A stretch of 64,000 nucleotides of DNA, from contig OZ024755.1 in the NCBI GenBank assembly GCA_964016885.1, positions 34,658,001 to 34,722,000 on the forward strand. Reading direction: 5' to 3'. The notes under the pieces are model-generated. The model had not been told where the DNA came from, did no database searches, and was given only the letters and a program-made list of their open reading frames with translations. Origin of the DNA: Eledone cirrhosa. Lineage: Eukaryota. The translations under genes and the position numbers were made by a program. Positions 42,046 through 54,885 of this stretch are shown one piece after another (the first letter of the stretch is position 1; the number at the start of each line of letters is the position of its first letter).

Positions 42046-43242
42046 GCTGCGGAATGTTGTCTTGTATAACTCCAATGATATTTTGCAGTCACAACAAAAT
42101 TGTAATCTTATCATATTCATTGAATTATCTTTATTTGATCCTGTGGTGGCTTAACATGTACACAAAATTAAAGACAATGAACTGTATACGCATTCCTTAG
42201 GAAAACCCATTCAGAATGAACTTATTCCAGTGTTAGTAAATGCTATCAAAGCAAGATTATACAGTTTGTGAAAAATGGCTAAATATTTCTCTTTAATTAT
42301 TGACTGCCGTCCTGATGGAAGCCACACTGGGCAAATGTCAATAATAATACTTCTTGTAGACACAGTGTCTTCAATATCTCATTCTTCAACTGTGAACATA
42401 AAAGAATATTTTCTCAGATTCGTTCTTATAAATGAATCAACAGGTACTTATTTAACAAAACTTATTCACACAGTTTGAAATCTTTTCCTTCAGCTTGTAT
42501 GTCATGTGACAGTAAAGCTACGATAATGGAAACAACATGGAAAGCAAACTTTCACAAAAGAAATGTTTGAACTCAAACCATGAACATTTTTAATTTTCTA
42601 CACTGGACATTCATTAAATATGGTTATTAATGATGCAATGCATTGTTGCTTGGAGAGAACAGTATTTTTTATATCAACTAGATAGGGTTTAAAATGTATT
42701 AGTTAAAATTATTACAAAAATCATTGTTTTATAAATGGAATAAGTAACTTTCGTTTTTATCATACGTTCTTCATTGATATATAATCTCTCTATATCATCA
42801 TCATCATCATCATCGTTTAACGTCCGTGTTCCACGCTTGCATGGGTTTGGATGGGGGTTTTCCCACTTGAGGCAAGAGTGATTGTCTTGCTCGCATAGGA
42901 CTGTCTGGTGGGTTTTCTACAGCTGGATGCCCTTCCTAACACCAACCACATTTACAGTGTGGGGCTGGGAGGTTTTTACCGTGTTGCCTACACGGCCACA
43001 TTACAGCGTGGACTGTCTGGCGGGTTTTCTACAGCTGGATGCCCTTCCTAACACCAACCACATTTACAGTGTGGGTCTGGGAGGTTTTTACCGTGTTGCC
43101 TACACGGCCACATTACAGCGTGGACTGTGTGTTTTTTTTTTTGTCGTAACACCTACACGATCTCATTTGTTTCGGCCTGGATGTTGTGGCACCAACATAA
43201 CTTTACATTGAAAGGGGCGGTGTGGATGGGGTAATCTCTATA

Positions 43243-43297
<55 letters not shown>

Positions 43298-43363
43298 GAG
43301 GAAAAATGATGAAATTGAAAATGCAACTGGAGTCTTTTTTTTTTAAATATATTTATTTGATTT

Positions 43364-43399
43364 CTTTACCGGTTTCGCAGTTCTTGTGCTTTTCAAAAG
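43364..43399 (-). ncRNA. Minimal hammerhead, U3-A8 core variant with intact stems
   Basis: Reverse complement ctt-TTGAAAA-gca caagaac tgc-GAAAC-CG-GTA-aag. Confidence 0.6.
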
Positions 43400-43635
43400 T
43401 AGAATTGGGATGGAGGGGGTGTGGATTTTCTCACATCAGGTTGGTGTTCGAATGTTATTTCTGTTTTATATGGAGAAAAGTGGCTCGAAATGCTAGGTTT
43501 TAGAGAAGTAATTTGGTTGGTTGATGACTGTCATGTGAATAAGTATAATAAGTTTTGCGCCAGTTCGCATTACAAAGTTCTTTTTATATTTGCCTTAAAA
43601 AAAAGGGGGGGGGGGGTGCTCAGATTGATTTTTCA

Positions 43636-45010
43636 TACGCAGATGATCTAATGCTCATAGCTGAATCAATGGCTGAACTAAAGAAATCCCAAACATGGAA
43701 GCATGGCCTAGAATCAAAAAGCCTTAAAGTTAACTTGTCTAAGAATAAAGTTCTAGTATGTAGAAAGGAAAATAGGCCACAGGTGCCCTCAGGGAAATGG
43801 CCATGCTCAGTGTGTAGGAAAGGAGTAAGCAGAAATTCCATTTTATGTCCCAAATGTAAAGTATGGGTACATAAAAGATGTAGTGGGATCACAGGTAAAC
43901 TATCTAAGAACATAGACTTTATATGTGGCTGATGCTCAGGTGCAATAAGTAGCAAGTGTCCACAGGATACTAGCTCCTTCTATTGCCCAGATGGTTCTAT
44001 AGAAATAGTGGACACTTTCTGTTACCTGGGTGACGAAATCAGCAGTGGTGGAGGGTGTTCCGAAAGTACAGTAGCCAGAGTCAGAACAGGATGGAAAAAG
44101 TTCAGAGAGCTTATACCGCTGTTGCCCACAAAAGGTTTCTCTCTAAAAATGAAAGGCAGATTGTATGATGCCTGTATATGAACAGCAATGCTACATGGCA
44201 GTGAGACATGGGCATTGTGTGCTGAGGACCTGCGCAGACTGGAGAGGAACGAAGCATGCATGCTCTGTTGGATGTGTAATAGTAATATATGTGAAATGCA
44301 AAGCATAAATGAACTAAGTGAGAAATTAGGAATAAGAGCGATCAGATGCTTTTTATTTGAGAGAAAACTACGCTGGTATGGCCACGAGATGCGCATGAAA
44401 GATGACAGCTGTATAAAAAAATGCAGGGCAATCAAAATTGATGGTAGTTACAGTGTAGGTAGACCCAGAAAAACCTGGGACGATCTGATAAATTCTGACC
44501 TTACACACTTGCACCTCTCTAAGACAATGTCTCTGGACTGAGATCTTTGGCGCTACGCAGTAATACAGAAGACCTGCCTTGCCTATGTACAAAGTGAAAC
44601 CTACAGTCAAGTAGGCACCTCTTAACCAAATATTCATCCCAATCCACTATCCCTACCCTATCCTCCCACTCCCACCAACACTGCCCTCTCTCTGTAAAGT
44701 TGGCACCACAACATCCAGTCCAAATAAATGAGGTAATGAGATCAAGATTGTGTAGCTGTCACGACAAAAAAACACACAGCCCACGCTGTAATGTGGCCAT
44801 CTAGGTGACATGGTAAAAAGCTCCCAGTCCACACTGTAAATGTGGTTGGTGTTAGGAAGGGCATCCAGCCGTAGAAAACCTGCCAGATAGTCCTATATGA
44901 GCGAGACACGGTCACCCGACCAACCTTGCCTCAAGTGGGACAACTCCCGTCTAACCCATGCTAGCGTGGAAGATGGATGTTAAACGAAGATGATGATGAT
45001 GATGATGATG
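43636..45010 (+). mobile_element. 5'-truncated RTE LINE (RT thumb, PHD-like finger, 3' UTR)
   Basis: YADDL, WPCSVCRKGV..SILCPKCKVWVHKRCSG, LHGSETW, GRPRKTW, (TGA)n tail. Confidence 0.95.
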
Positions 45011-45139
45011 AGTGAAGTTTGGTTGGTTGATGCAGTCACGTGAACAAGCACATCAGCTTTCGCGCCAGTTTGTGTTTGAATTTCTTTTTACTTAAAAAAA
45101 GGTGGCTCACGAAGGCTTTTTTAATAAATATAATTTCAT

Positions 45140-45460
45140 CGGATATAAATGAAATTATGACTGTCATGTGAACAAGTACATTAAATTTTGTGCCCGTATT
45201 TTGGAATTTTTTTGTAGCCTTTTAGAGAATTTTGTGCCAAACAAAAGATAATGGTCAAGAAAAAAGGGATGGAGAGAATTGTTCTGGTGTGCTGAAATGT
45301 AATTAGATTGGTTATAAATGAAATTATGACTGTCACGTGAACAAGTACATTAAATTTCGTCCCCATATTTGGGAATTTCTTTTGTAGCCATTTAGAGAAT
45401 TTTGTGCCAAACAAAAGATAATGGTCAAGAAAAACGGGATGGAGAGAATTGTTCTGGTTC
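45140..45460. repeat. Tandem duplication of about 170 bp
   Basis: tataaatgaaattatgactgtca...gagagaattgttctgg occurs twice. Confidence 0.85.
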
Positions 45461-45734
45461 AGTGAGTATGGCTGATGTGCTGGGGTGTCAAAGTTCAGAC
45501 ATTCTATTGAAATAAAGAAAGTAGAGATATGTATGTTTATTTGTGTGCTGGTGTGTGTGTGTGTGTAGGAAGATGATTCTATTAGTAGAAACGGGGGAGG
45601 GAGTTGTGTGTGTGTGTATGGGTGTTATATATGTGTGTATGTGTGTGTGGGAGTATGGTTAGCATGTTAAGATGGAGAGAATATATATATTTTGTGTGCG
45701 TGTGTAGGAAAAGGATTCCGTTAGTAGAGCTGAG

Positions 45735-46905
45735 CTGTTGAAGTCCCTTGAGTTCATGGAATGTGAAAACACATGGGAATCATTGAAGAAAACCGTCTAT
45801 GATGTTAGTGCTGGAGTTTTAGGTCAAACCAATAGAAAGCATAAAGACTGGTTTGATGAAAATGATGCAGTGATCCAGACCTTGCTTGAAGAGAAACAAA
45901 AAAGTGCTGACATCATTTTTGTGTGAGACACGTTCTGACGGGAGTGACCGGACCCTCAGGCAGGTCAAGGCACGCGTGCAACATCGATTGAGAGCCATGC
46001 AGGATACCTGGTGGAGCAAAAAGGCTGATGAAATCCAGAAGGCCTCAGATAGACAGGATTCAAAGCTCTTATACAGTCTGCTCAGGGAGGTGTATGGTCC
46101 TACCAGTCCACAAATATCATTACTTCACTGCACGGAAGGCAAGGAATTTCTCAGAGAAGGAAATCCTGATCAGGTGGCATGACCACTTTGATGAGCTTCT
46201 CAACAGACCATCAGAAATTGATGATGAGTTCATCCGGTCGATTCCATTCAGACCTACAAACCTGGCAATGGCTGATCCTCCTTCATCTGATGAGGTGGCG
46301 AAGGCCATTGCCAAATTAAACAGCGACAAGACACCTGGAATGGATGGACTGAGTGCTGAGATTTTCAAGTGTGCTGGTGGTAACTTCTTAAATTCTCTCA
46401 TTGATCTCTTTGTGAATGTCCACAGGACTGAATGATGGTGGTACTTTACAAAGGAAAGGGAGCCAAAGATTGTGGCAACTACAGAGGTATCTCACTGTTA
46501 TCTGTGACTGGGAAGATCTTGTGCAGGATTTTGTTGGACAGATTGATACAGCACATTGCTGTTGAGGTACTTCCTGAGTCCCAATGTGGCTTTAGGAATG
46601 GCAGAGGCACTGTTGACATGATTTTCTTGGCCAAACAACTTCAGGAGAAATGCATTGAGCAGCGCATGAACTTATACTAAGTTTTTGTCGATCTGACCAA
46701 GAAATTTGACACTGTTAATCGGAAGGCTTTGTGGGTTATTTTTGAGAAATTGGGCTGTCCCGAAAAGTTTGTGCACATTCTGAAACTCTTCCACGATGAC
46801 ATGCAGGTATGGGTGAATGTTGGAGGTAAACTGTCTGAGTCAATCTCGGTTCAAAATGGTGTCAAGCAGGGTGATATACCTGCACCAACTTTGTTTGCCT
46901 TGTAT
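45735..46905 (+). mobile_element. Second RTE family (BovB/RTE-1-like) RT fragment
   Basis: HKDWFDEND, RWHDHFDELLN, NYRGISLLS, PESQCGFR, QLQEKC, GVKQG..APTLF. Confidence 0.9.
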
Positions 46906-46919
46906 TGTCAACATAGTAT

Positions 46920-49800
46920 CCACCATCACCACCACCACCACCATGACCACTGCCACCACCACCACCATGACCACTGCCACCACCACCACCACCACCACCA
47001 CCATGGCCACTGCGACCACCACCGCCACCACCACCACCACCGGCTACCACCACTACTAACAAGATCACAACAACCACCACCACCATGGCCACCACCACTG
47101 CCACTACCAACAACAACACCACTACCATCACCCCAATCATCACCATCACCACTACCACTAACACCACCACCACTGCTACCACCACCACTACAATCTGTTA
47201 TCCTCACCAAAGTGTTGACTCTGATAAGAATCTTTAAGAATTCTTTTAATGATATCTTCAACACTTCTTCCTAAGATCTTATCAATGTTGTTGGTGTTGT
47301 TGGTGGTGTTGTTGGTGGTGTTGATGTTGGTGGTGTTGATGTTGTTGTTGTTGGTGGTGTTGATGTTGTTGTTGTTGGTGGTGTTGTTGGTGGTGTTGTT
47401 GGTGGTGTTGTTGGTGGTGGTGGTGTTGTTGGTGTTGTTGGTGGTGTTGATGTTGTTGTTGTTGGTGGTGTTGTTGGTGGTGGTGGTGTTGTTGGTGGTG
47501 TTGTTGTTGGTGGTGTTGATGTTGTTGTTGGTGGTGTTGTTGTTGGTGGTGGAGTTAGTGCTGTTTTGGTGGTGTTGGTGGTGTTGTTGGTGGTGTTGTT
47601 GGTGGTGTTGTTGGTGGTGTTGTTGGTGGTGGTGGTGTTGTTGGTGTTGTTGGTGGTGTTGATGTTGTTGTTGTTGGTGGTGTTGTTGGTGTTGTTGTTG
47701 GTGGTGTTGGTGGTGTTGGTGTTGGTGGTGTTGTTGGTATTGTGGTGTTGGTGATGTTGTTGGTGGTGGTGTTGTTGGTGTTGTTGTTGTTGGTGGTGTT
47801 GGTGGTGGTGGTGCTGTTGTTGTTGGTGGTGGTGTTGTTGTTGGTGGTGGTGTTGTTGTTGGTGGTGGTGTTGTTGGTGGTGGAGTTGTTGTTGGTGGTG
47901 GAGTTAGTGCTGTTTTGGTGGTGTTGGTGGTGTTGTTGTTGGTGGTGGTGGTGGTGGTTGTGTTGGTGGTGGTGTTGGTGGTGTTGTTGGTGTTGTTGTT
48001 GGTGGTGGTGTTGTTGGTGGTGGTGGTGTTGGTGGTGGTGGTGGTGTTGGTGGTGGTGGTGGTGTTGTTGTTGGTGGTGTTGTTGTTGTTGGTGGTGTTG
48101 TTGTTGGTGTTGTTGTTGGTGGTGTTGTTGGTGGTGTTGCTGTTTGTGGTGTTGGTGGTGTTGTTGTTGGTGTTGGTGGTGGTGTTGTTGTTGGTGGTGT
48201 TGTTGTTGGTGGTGTTGTTGTTGATGGTGTTGCTGTTTGTGGTGTTGGTGGTGTTGTTGTTGGTGTTTGTGGTGGTGCTGTTGTTGTTGGTGGTGTTGGT
48301 GTTGGTGGTGGTGTTGTTGTTGTTGTTGTTGTTGGAGGTGGTGGTGGTGTTGGTGGTGGTGGTGTTGTTGTTGGTGGTGTTGTTGGTGGTGGTGTTGTTG
48401 GTGGTGTTGTTGTTGGTGGTGTTGTTGTTGGTGGTGGTGTTGTTGGTGGTGGTGTTGTTGGTGGTGGTGTTGTTGGTGGTGGTGTTGTTGGTGGTGGTGT
48501 TGTTGGTGGTGGTGTTGGTGGTGTTGTTGTTGGTGGTGGTGGTGTTGTTGTTGGTGGTGTTGGTGGTGTTGTTGGTGATGTTGGTGGTGGTGGTGTTGGT
48601 GGTGGTGGTGTTGGTGGTTGTGTTGGTGGTGTTGGTGGTGGTGTTGTTGGTGGTGGTGGTGTTGTTGTTGTTGGTGGTGTTGTTGGTGGTGGTGGTGTTG
48701 TTGCTGGTGGTGGTGTTTTTGGTGTTGCTGTTGGTGGTGTTGTTGGTGTTGTTGGTGTTGGTGGTGTTGGTGGTGTTGGTGGTGGTGGTGGTGTTGGTGG
48801 TGTTGTTGGTGGTGGTGTTGTTGTTGGTGGTGGTGTTGTTGGTGGTGTTGCTGGTGTTTGCTGGTGTTGGTGGTGGTGTTGTTGGTGGTGGTATTGTTGG
48901 TGGTGTTGTTGTTGTTGGTGGTAGTGTTGTTGGTGGTGGTAGTGTTGTTGGTGGTGGTGGTGTTGTTGGTGGTGGTGTTATTGGTGGTAGTGTTGGTGGT
49001 GTTGGTGGTGTTGTTGGTGTTGGTGTTTTTGGTGTTGGTGTTGTTGGTGGTGGTGTTGCTGGTGTTTGCTGGTGTTGTTGGTGTTGGTGTTGCTGGTGTT
49101 TGCTGGTGTTGTTGGTGGTGGTGTTGTTGTTGGTGGTGGTGTTGTTGGTGGTGTTGTTGTTGGTGGTGGTGGTGTTGGTGGTGGTGTTGTTGGTGGTGGT
49201 GTTGGTGGTGTTGTGGTTGGTGGTGGTGTTGTTGGTGGTGTTGGTGATGTTGTTGGTGGTATTGGTGGTGTTGTTGGTGTTGTTGTTGGTGGTGGTGTTG
49301 GTGGTGTTGTTGGTGGTGGTGTTGTTGTTGGTGGTGGTGGTGGTGGTGTTGTTGCTGGTGGTGGTGTTTTTGGTGTTGGTGTTGGTGGTGTTGTTGGTGT
49401 TGGTGGTGTTGGTGGTGGTGTTGTTGTTGGTGGTGGTGTTGTTGGTGGTGGTGTTGTTGGTGTTGGTGGTAGTGTTGTTGGTGGTGTTGCTGGTGGTGTT
49501 GTTGTTGGTGGTGGTAGTGTTGTTGGTGGTGGTGGTGTTATTGGTGGTGGTGTTATTGGTGGTGGTGTTGGTGGTGTTGTTGGTGGTGGTGTTGGTGTTT
49601 TTGGTGTTGGTGTTGTTGGTGTTTGCTGGTGTTGGTGGTGGTGTTGTTGGTGCTGGTGGTGGTGTTGTTGTTGTTGTTGTTGTTGGTGGTGTTGTTGTTG
49701 GTATTATTGTTGTTATTATTGTTGTTGATGTGGCTTTATTGTTGTTACTCTGTTGTTGTTATTGTTGTCATCGCTTTGTTGTTGTTTTGTTGGTGTTGTT
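46920..49800. repeat. (CAC/CAA)n block followed by 2.5-kb (GGT/GTT)n trinucleotide array
   Basis: Directly visible. Confidence 0.95.
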
Positions 49801-49999
49801 GTTGTTGTTATTGTATTCTTATGTTGTCTTTCTCTATCTTTCTGTGTATGTGTCTGTCTGTAGGCCTATGTTTGTATGTGTATGTTTCTGTCTGTATGCA
49901 TGTGTTTGTATGTGTGTGTCTGAATGTATCTGTTTGTATGTGTATGTGTGTGTCTCTTTGTTTATTACTGCAAGTATTGCCTCATGTTAAATAATATAA

Positions 50000-50070
50000 A
50001 GATATGTACGTGTGTATATATATATATATATATATATGTCTGTATGTGTGTGTATATATATATGTAGCTG

Positions 50071-50115
<45 letters not shown>

Positions 50116-50143
50116 TGTGTGTATGTATATATATATGTAGCTG

Positions 50144-50188
<45 letters not shown>

Positions 50189-50239
50189 TGTGTGTATGTA
50201 TATATATATGTAGCTGTTATATATATATGTGTGTAGCTG

Positions 50240-50277
<38 letters not shown>

Positions 50278-50314
50278 ATATATACATATATATATGTATA
50301 TATGTATGTATGCG

Positions 50315-50348
<34 letters not shown>

Positions 50349-50350
50349 CG

Positions 50351-50382
<32 letters not shown>

Positions 50383-50389
50383 GCTGTTT

Positions 50390-50445
<56 letters not shown>

Positions 50446-50622
50446 CATATATACATATATATATATATATATGTAGCTGTTTTATATATATATATATATA
50501 TGTATATACATATATATATACATATATACATATATATATATATATGTGTGTGTGTGTGTATGTGTATTGATGTTTATAGTATATATATTATAAATATCTA
50601 TATTCATACATATATTTATAGT

Positions 50623-50669
<47 letters not shown>

Positions 50670-51546
50670 CGTGTGTGTGTGTGTATATACATATATATAT
50701 ATATATGTATAAATAGTACATACATACACAATAAATAATCACTGATAAAATAACTGTTGCACTCATTGTGTCTGTCATTTTATCTTAGAGCCAAATAGCA
50801 GAATGTGATAACAACATCATGAGCAACAAACCTTATAACAATACAAATAACAATACAAATAACAATAATAATATAATAATGATAATACTACTACTACTAC
50901 TACTACTACTACTGATGCTGCTACTGGTACTACTACTACTACTACTAATGCTGCTGCTACTACTACTACTATTACTAATGCTACTACTATTACTACTACT
51001 ACTAATGCTGCTGCTACTACTACTACTACTAATGCTGCTGCTACTACTACTACTACTAATGCTGCTACTGCTACTACTACTACTACTATTGCTGCTGCTA
51101 CTACTACTACTACTACTACTGCTGCTGCTACTAATACTACTACTACTAATACTACTGCTGCTACTACTACTACTAATGCTGCTACTACTACTACTACTAC
51201 TACTACTACTAATGCTGCTACTGCTACTACTACTGCTACTACTGCTGCTGTTGCTACTACTACCACCACCACTTTACTACTACTAAAAATACTGCTCCTG
51301 TTGCTCCTACAACTACTACTAACAACAACAATTTAAAACAAAATTAAATACATAAAAAATTCATCAACAAACATCTATATATATATACACACACACACAC
51401 ATATATATATACACACACACGTATACACACACACATATATATACACACACACACACATATATATATACACACACACACATATATACACACACACATATAT
51501 ACACACACACACATATATACACACACACATATATACACACACATAC

Positions 51547-51575
<29 letters not shown>
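50000..51575. repeat. (TA)n, (CTA/CTG)n and (CA)n microsatellite field
   Basis: Directly visible. Confidence 0.95.
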
Positions 51576-51577
<2 letters not shown>

Positions 51578-52486
51578 ATGTTTTCAAAAAATGATGGAAT
51601 GATTACACCATTATAAGCAAAACAAATAGAGAAAACTGCCAAAGATCTCTTGTGACATTATTCTTCATATATTGATTTCATATATAGGCACACGTCTTTA
51701 CAGAGAAAACAAGATTATCTCATTGATATTACTGACTGTTTCTTTTTTGTTGGAGCATTGCCTATAATGTTTTTTTGTTTATAGCTAATTATATCATACC
51801 TCGTACTCAGTCAGGTAGTCAATGTGTTATTTTGTTTTACTGAGTAAATAATCAGGAGATATTTACACCAGTAAAAAAACTAGTTACATATATATATATC
51901 ATCATCATCAACGTTTAACGTCCGTGTTCCACGCTTGCATGGGTCTGGACGGGGGTTTTCCCACTTGAGGCAAGAGTGGTTGTCTTGCTCACATAGGACT
52001 GTCTGGCGGGTTTTCTACAGCTGGATGCCCTTCCTAACACCAACCACATTTACAGTGTGGGGCTGGGAGGTTTTTTCCGTGTTGCCTACACGGCCACATT
52101 ACAGCGTGGACTGTCTGGCGGGTTTTCTACGGCTGGATGCCCTTCCTAACACCAACCACATTTACAGTGTGGGGCTGAGAGGTTTTAACCGTGTTACCTA
52201 CACGGCCACATTACAGCGTGAACTGTGTGTTTTTTGACGTGACACTACACGATCTCATTTGTTTCGGCCTGGATGTTGTGGCACCAACATAACTTTACAT
52301 TGAAAGGGGCGGTGTGGATGGGGTGGGGGTGGTGGGACGGGGGTGTATTTTGTTAGAGATGCCTACTGACTGTAGTAGGTTTTACTTTGTATTTAGGTAA
52401 GGCGGGTCTTCTCTATTACTGAGTAATATATATATATATATATACAATATATTAATAAATGGAAACTATATTTATAAAACCATAAT

Positions 52487-52552
52487 TATTTTATTATATA
52501 TATTTCAAGGGCGACCAAGGTAAATTATGGTGCGCTTTCATCAGATAAAATA
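52487..52552 (-). ncRNA. Type I hammerhead ribozyme, family A copy 2
   Basis: Reverse complement tattttat-CTGATGA-aagcgcacca..tggtcgccctt-GAAA-T-ATAT-A-TA-ataaaata; perfect 8-bp stem I. Confidence 0.8.
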
Positions 52553-52712
52553 CAGATTTGTTTTATAAATAAATATTGACATACCTGGAAAAAAGACAAC
52601 CTCAACGGTTGAAATTCGCTGGATAAACTGTTGAGTGCTTTATATCAGTTATAAAAAATGTTAAGCTTGTTGAATCCCAACAAATTAAATATAACCTCTG
52701 CATATATATAGA

Positions 52713-53053
52713 TGGAGGCATATGGCTTAGTGGTTAGAGCATTGGCCTTGCAATTGAAAGGTTGTGAGTTCAATTCTCGGACCGGGTGATGTGTTGTTTC
52801 CTTGAACAAGACACTTTATTTCACATTGCTCCAGTTTACTCAGCTGTAGAAATGAGATGATAGGGACTGGGGTCCATATCATTCCACTGCAAAGTGGTCG
52901 TGGAGGCGCCACGGCAAAAAAGCACCCAGCACTCACTGTAAATGAGGTTGGTGTTAGGAAGGGCATCCAGCTGTAGAAATCAAGCCAGAATCAGTTCCCG
53001 TCCCACCCTTGCAAGCAGGGAAAAAGCGGACGTAAAATGATGATGATGATGAG
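52713..53053 (+). mobile_element. Full-length tRNA-CORE-RTE SINE (family B)
   Basis: A-box TGGCTTAGTGG, B-box GAGTTCAATTC, CORE-like ccttgaacaagacactt, RTE-derived tail ending (TGA)n; truncated copies at 37410-37715, 55785-56000 and 63340-63472. Confidence 0.9.
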
Positions 53054-54436
53054 GACTGTTTCCCTTGTAGCAAGTGAAAATATCTCAGCAGGTCACAGGT
53101 GGGTAGTAATATAGCTAGAGATAATGTATTATACTTGACAAAAGAAGATAGAGTGTTTAGAGGGTTCTTTGGTGGGGATGGTTTATAGATCAGGGATCTG
53201 TTTGATTATGGATGTCTAAGGGCTAAGCAACAACAATAACAACAACAGAAGCAGCAATAACAATATACTCATCATCATCATCATCATCAAGATCAAAGCA
53301 ACAAATATCATAATCATCACCATTGTTATCATCATCATTGTTGTCATCTTTCTTCCCCCTACATCATGATCCTTATCACTGTCATCCGCCTCCACCATCT
53401 CCCCCCCATCACCAATACCACCATCTCCCCCCCCCCACCAACACCTTCCTCAACACCACCACCATCTCCCCCAACAACACCACCCCTACTGCTTACCAAC
53501 AACACTATATGTATATATATATACACACACACACATATATATATATATATAATGGAAAAATTTGAACAGGGACAAAACAGAGAGGCAGTACAACGAATGT
53601 TTATTAATTTCACGCTCTGGAGAGTGGGGTGTTGGTGGGGGACAAAGAATCTTATACGGAAAAAAACGAGTACAGTAACAAAATCAAACAGAGGTAATGC
53701 GTGGAAGGAAAGACCAAGTGTGGGAAGGTGTGTAAAGTTCGGAGAAAGGTCACGGCGGATTAGATCGGGGTTGAGCCGGTAGTTAAGTTATGTTCCAAAG
53801 GAATGGAAGCCGTGTGAGCGTGTATTATATATAATGGAAAAATTTGAACAGGGACAAAACAGAGAGTCAGTACAACGAATGTTTATTAATTTCACGCTCT
53901 GGAGAGTGGGGTGTTGGTGGGGGACATATATGATAAAAATAGTCCTTCGTCAGTGATTTTCCAACCATTATTGGTATTTCATCGCATTAAAAATCAGATA
54001 CCTCAGGTTGGTGCGAGCAATAACTAAAAGAAGTTATTGGGACCAGTAATTAGCGTAAATAAAGCGAGGGGGACAAGTAAACAACATAGAAGGATAAAAG
54101 CAAACCGAAGATAGGAAAATAAACAAGCAACATGGTTGTCCGGTCAGCATAAGCTGGGTGGATTTCATGATCGAGAGAGACACAGACCGTCCGATGTGTG
54201 TGAGATGTAAGCAAGAAGAGACCCACTACAAGCCAAACGGGAGGAAGTGAGAAGGGGAGAAACAGAGAGTAAGTGAGTGGAAGTGTGAGGAAGAGGTCAG
54301 TCGAGAGAAAGTGTAACTGACAGAGAGGGCGAGTTTGTCTGTTTCTCTTTTACTGCTTCTCCGCTCTCTCTGTTTCTCTCACCTTCTTTCGCCCCTTCTG
54401 TCAGTTACACTTTCTCTCGACTGACCTCTTCCTCAG

Positions 54437-54854
54437 AAGGGTACCAAGACACATTGGTATGCTTTCCTCAGATAAAATACAAAGACATACCCATGAAAAT
54501 CATACCTTATCAGTCGGATATTCATTGAATAGTGGAAATATATTAGGGATTTTTCAAACTTATGTGTGAATATGCAAATGAATATGTAAATAATTGAAAA
54601 CAACCGTTTATTTAAACGACTATGGAGAGAGAGAAGAGATAAGAGGAGAAGGATAAAAAAAAGTGAGAGAGAGAGAAGAAAGAAACAAGAGAAGATGAAT
54701 GAAAACTCATATAACGTTAATTTGAGGGAAAAATATTCTAAGTATATATCTTAATAGTACGTGTATTTACGATTATTAGTTGTTTAAAATTTGTTTATAA
54801 TATAATTTTTTTTTTTCTGTTATAAGTAGATAAATAAATAAATAAATAAATACA

Positions 54855-54885
<31 letters not shown>

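Larger units (their letters stand above)
39240..42660 (+). pseudogene. Fragmented hAT (ZMYM1/DUF4371-like) transposase with nested insertions
   Basis: TTF-finger remnant NGEVIHRGW..YS...FCFC (about 40410-40490); ENQTLIEK (about 41630); FDPV...H.LGKPIQNELI (42130-42230); AKYFSLIIDCRPDGSHTGQMSIII. Confidence 0.75.

Noticed and set aside
47249-49994. 691-aa and overlapping V/L/W/C/G-rich ORFs resembling membrane proteins
   Set aside because: Translations of a stop-free (GGT/GTT)n array, open in several frames
52713-52790. tRNA gene
   Set aside because: A/B boxes belong to a SINE head continuing into CORE-like and RTE tail sequence; no cloverleaf
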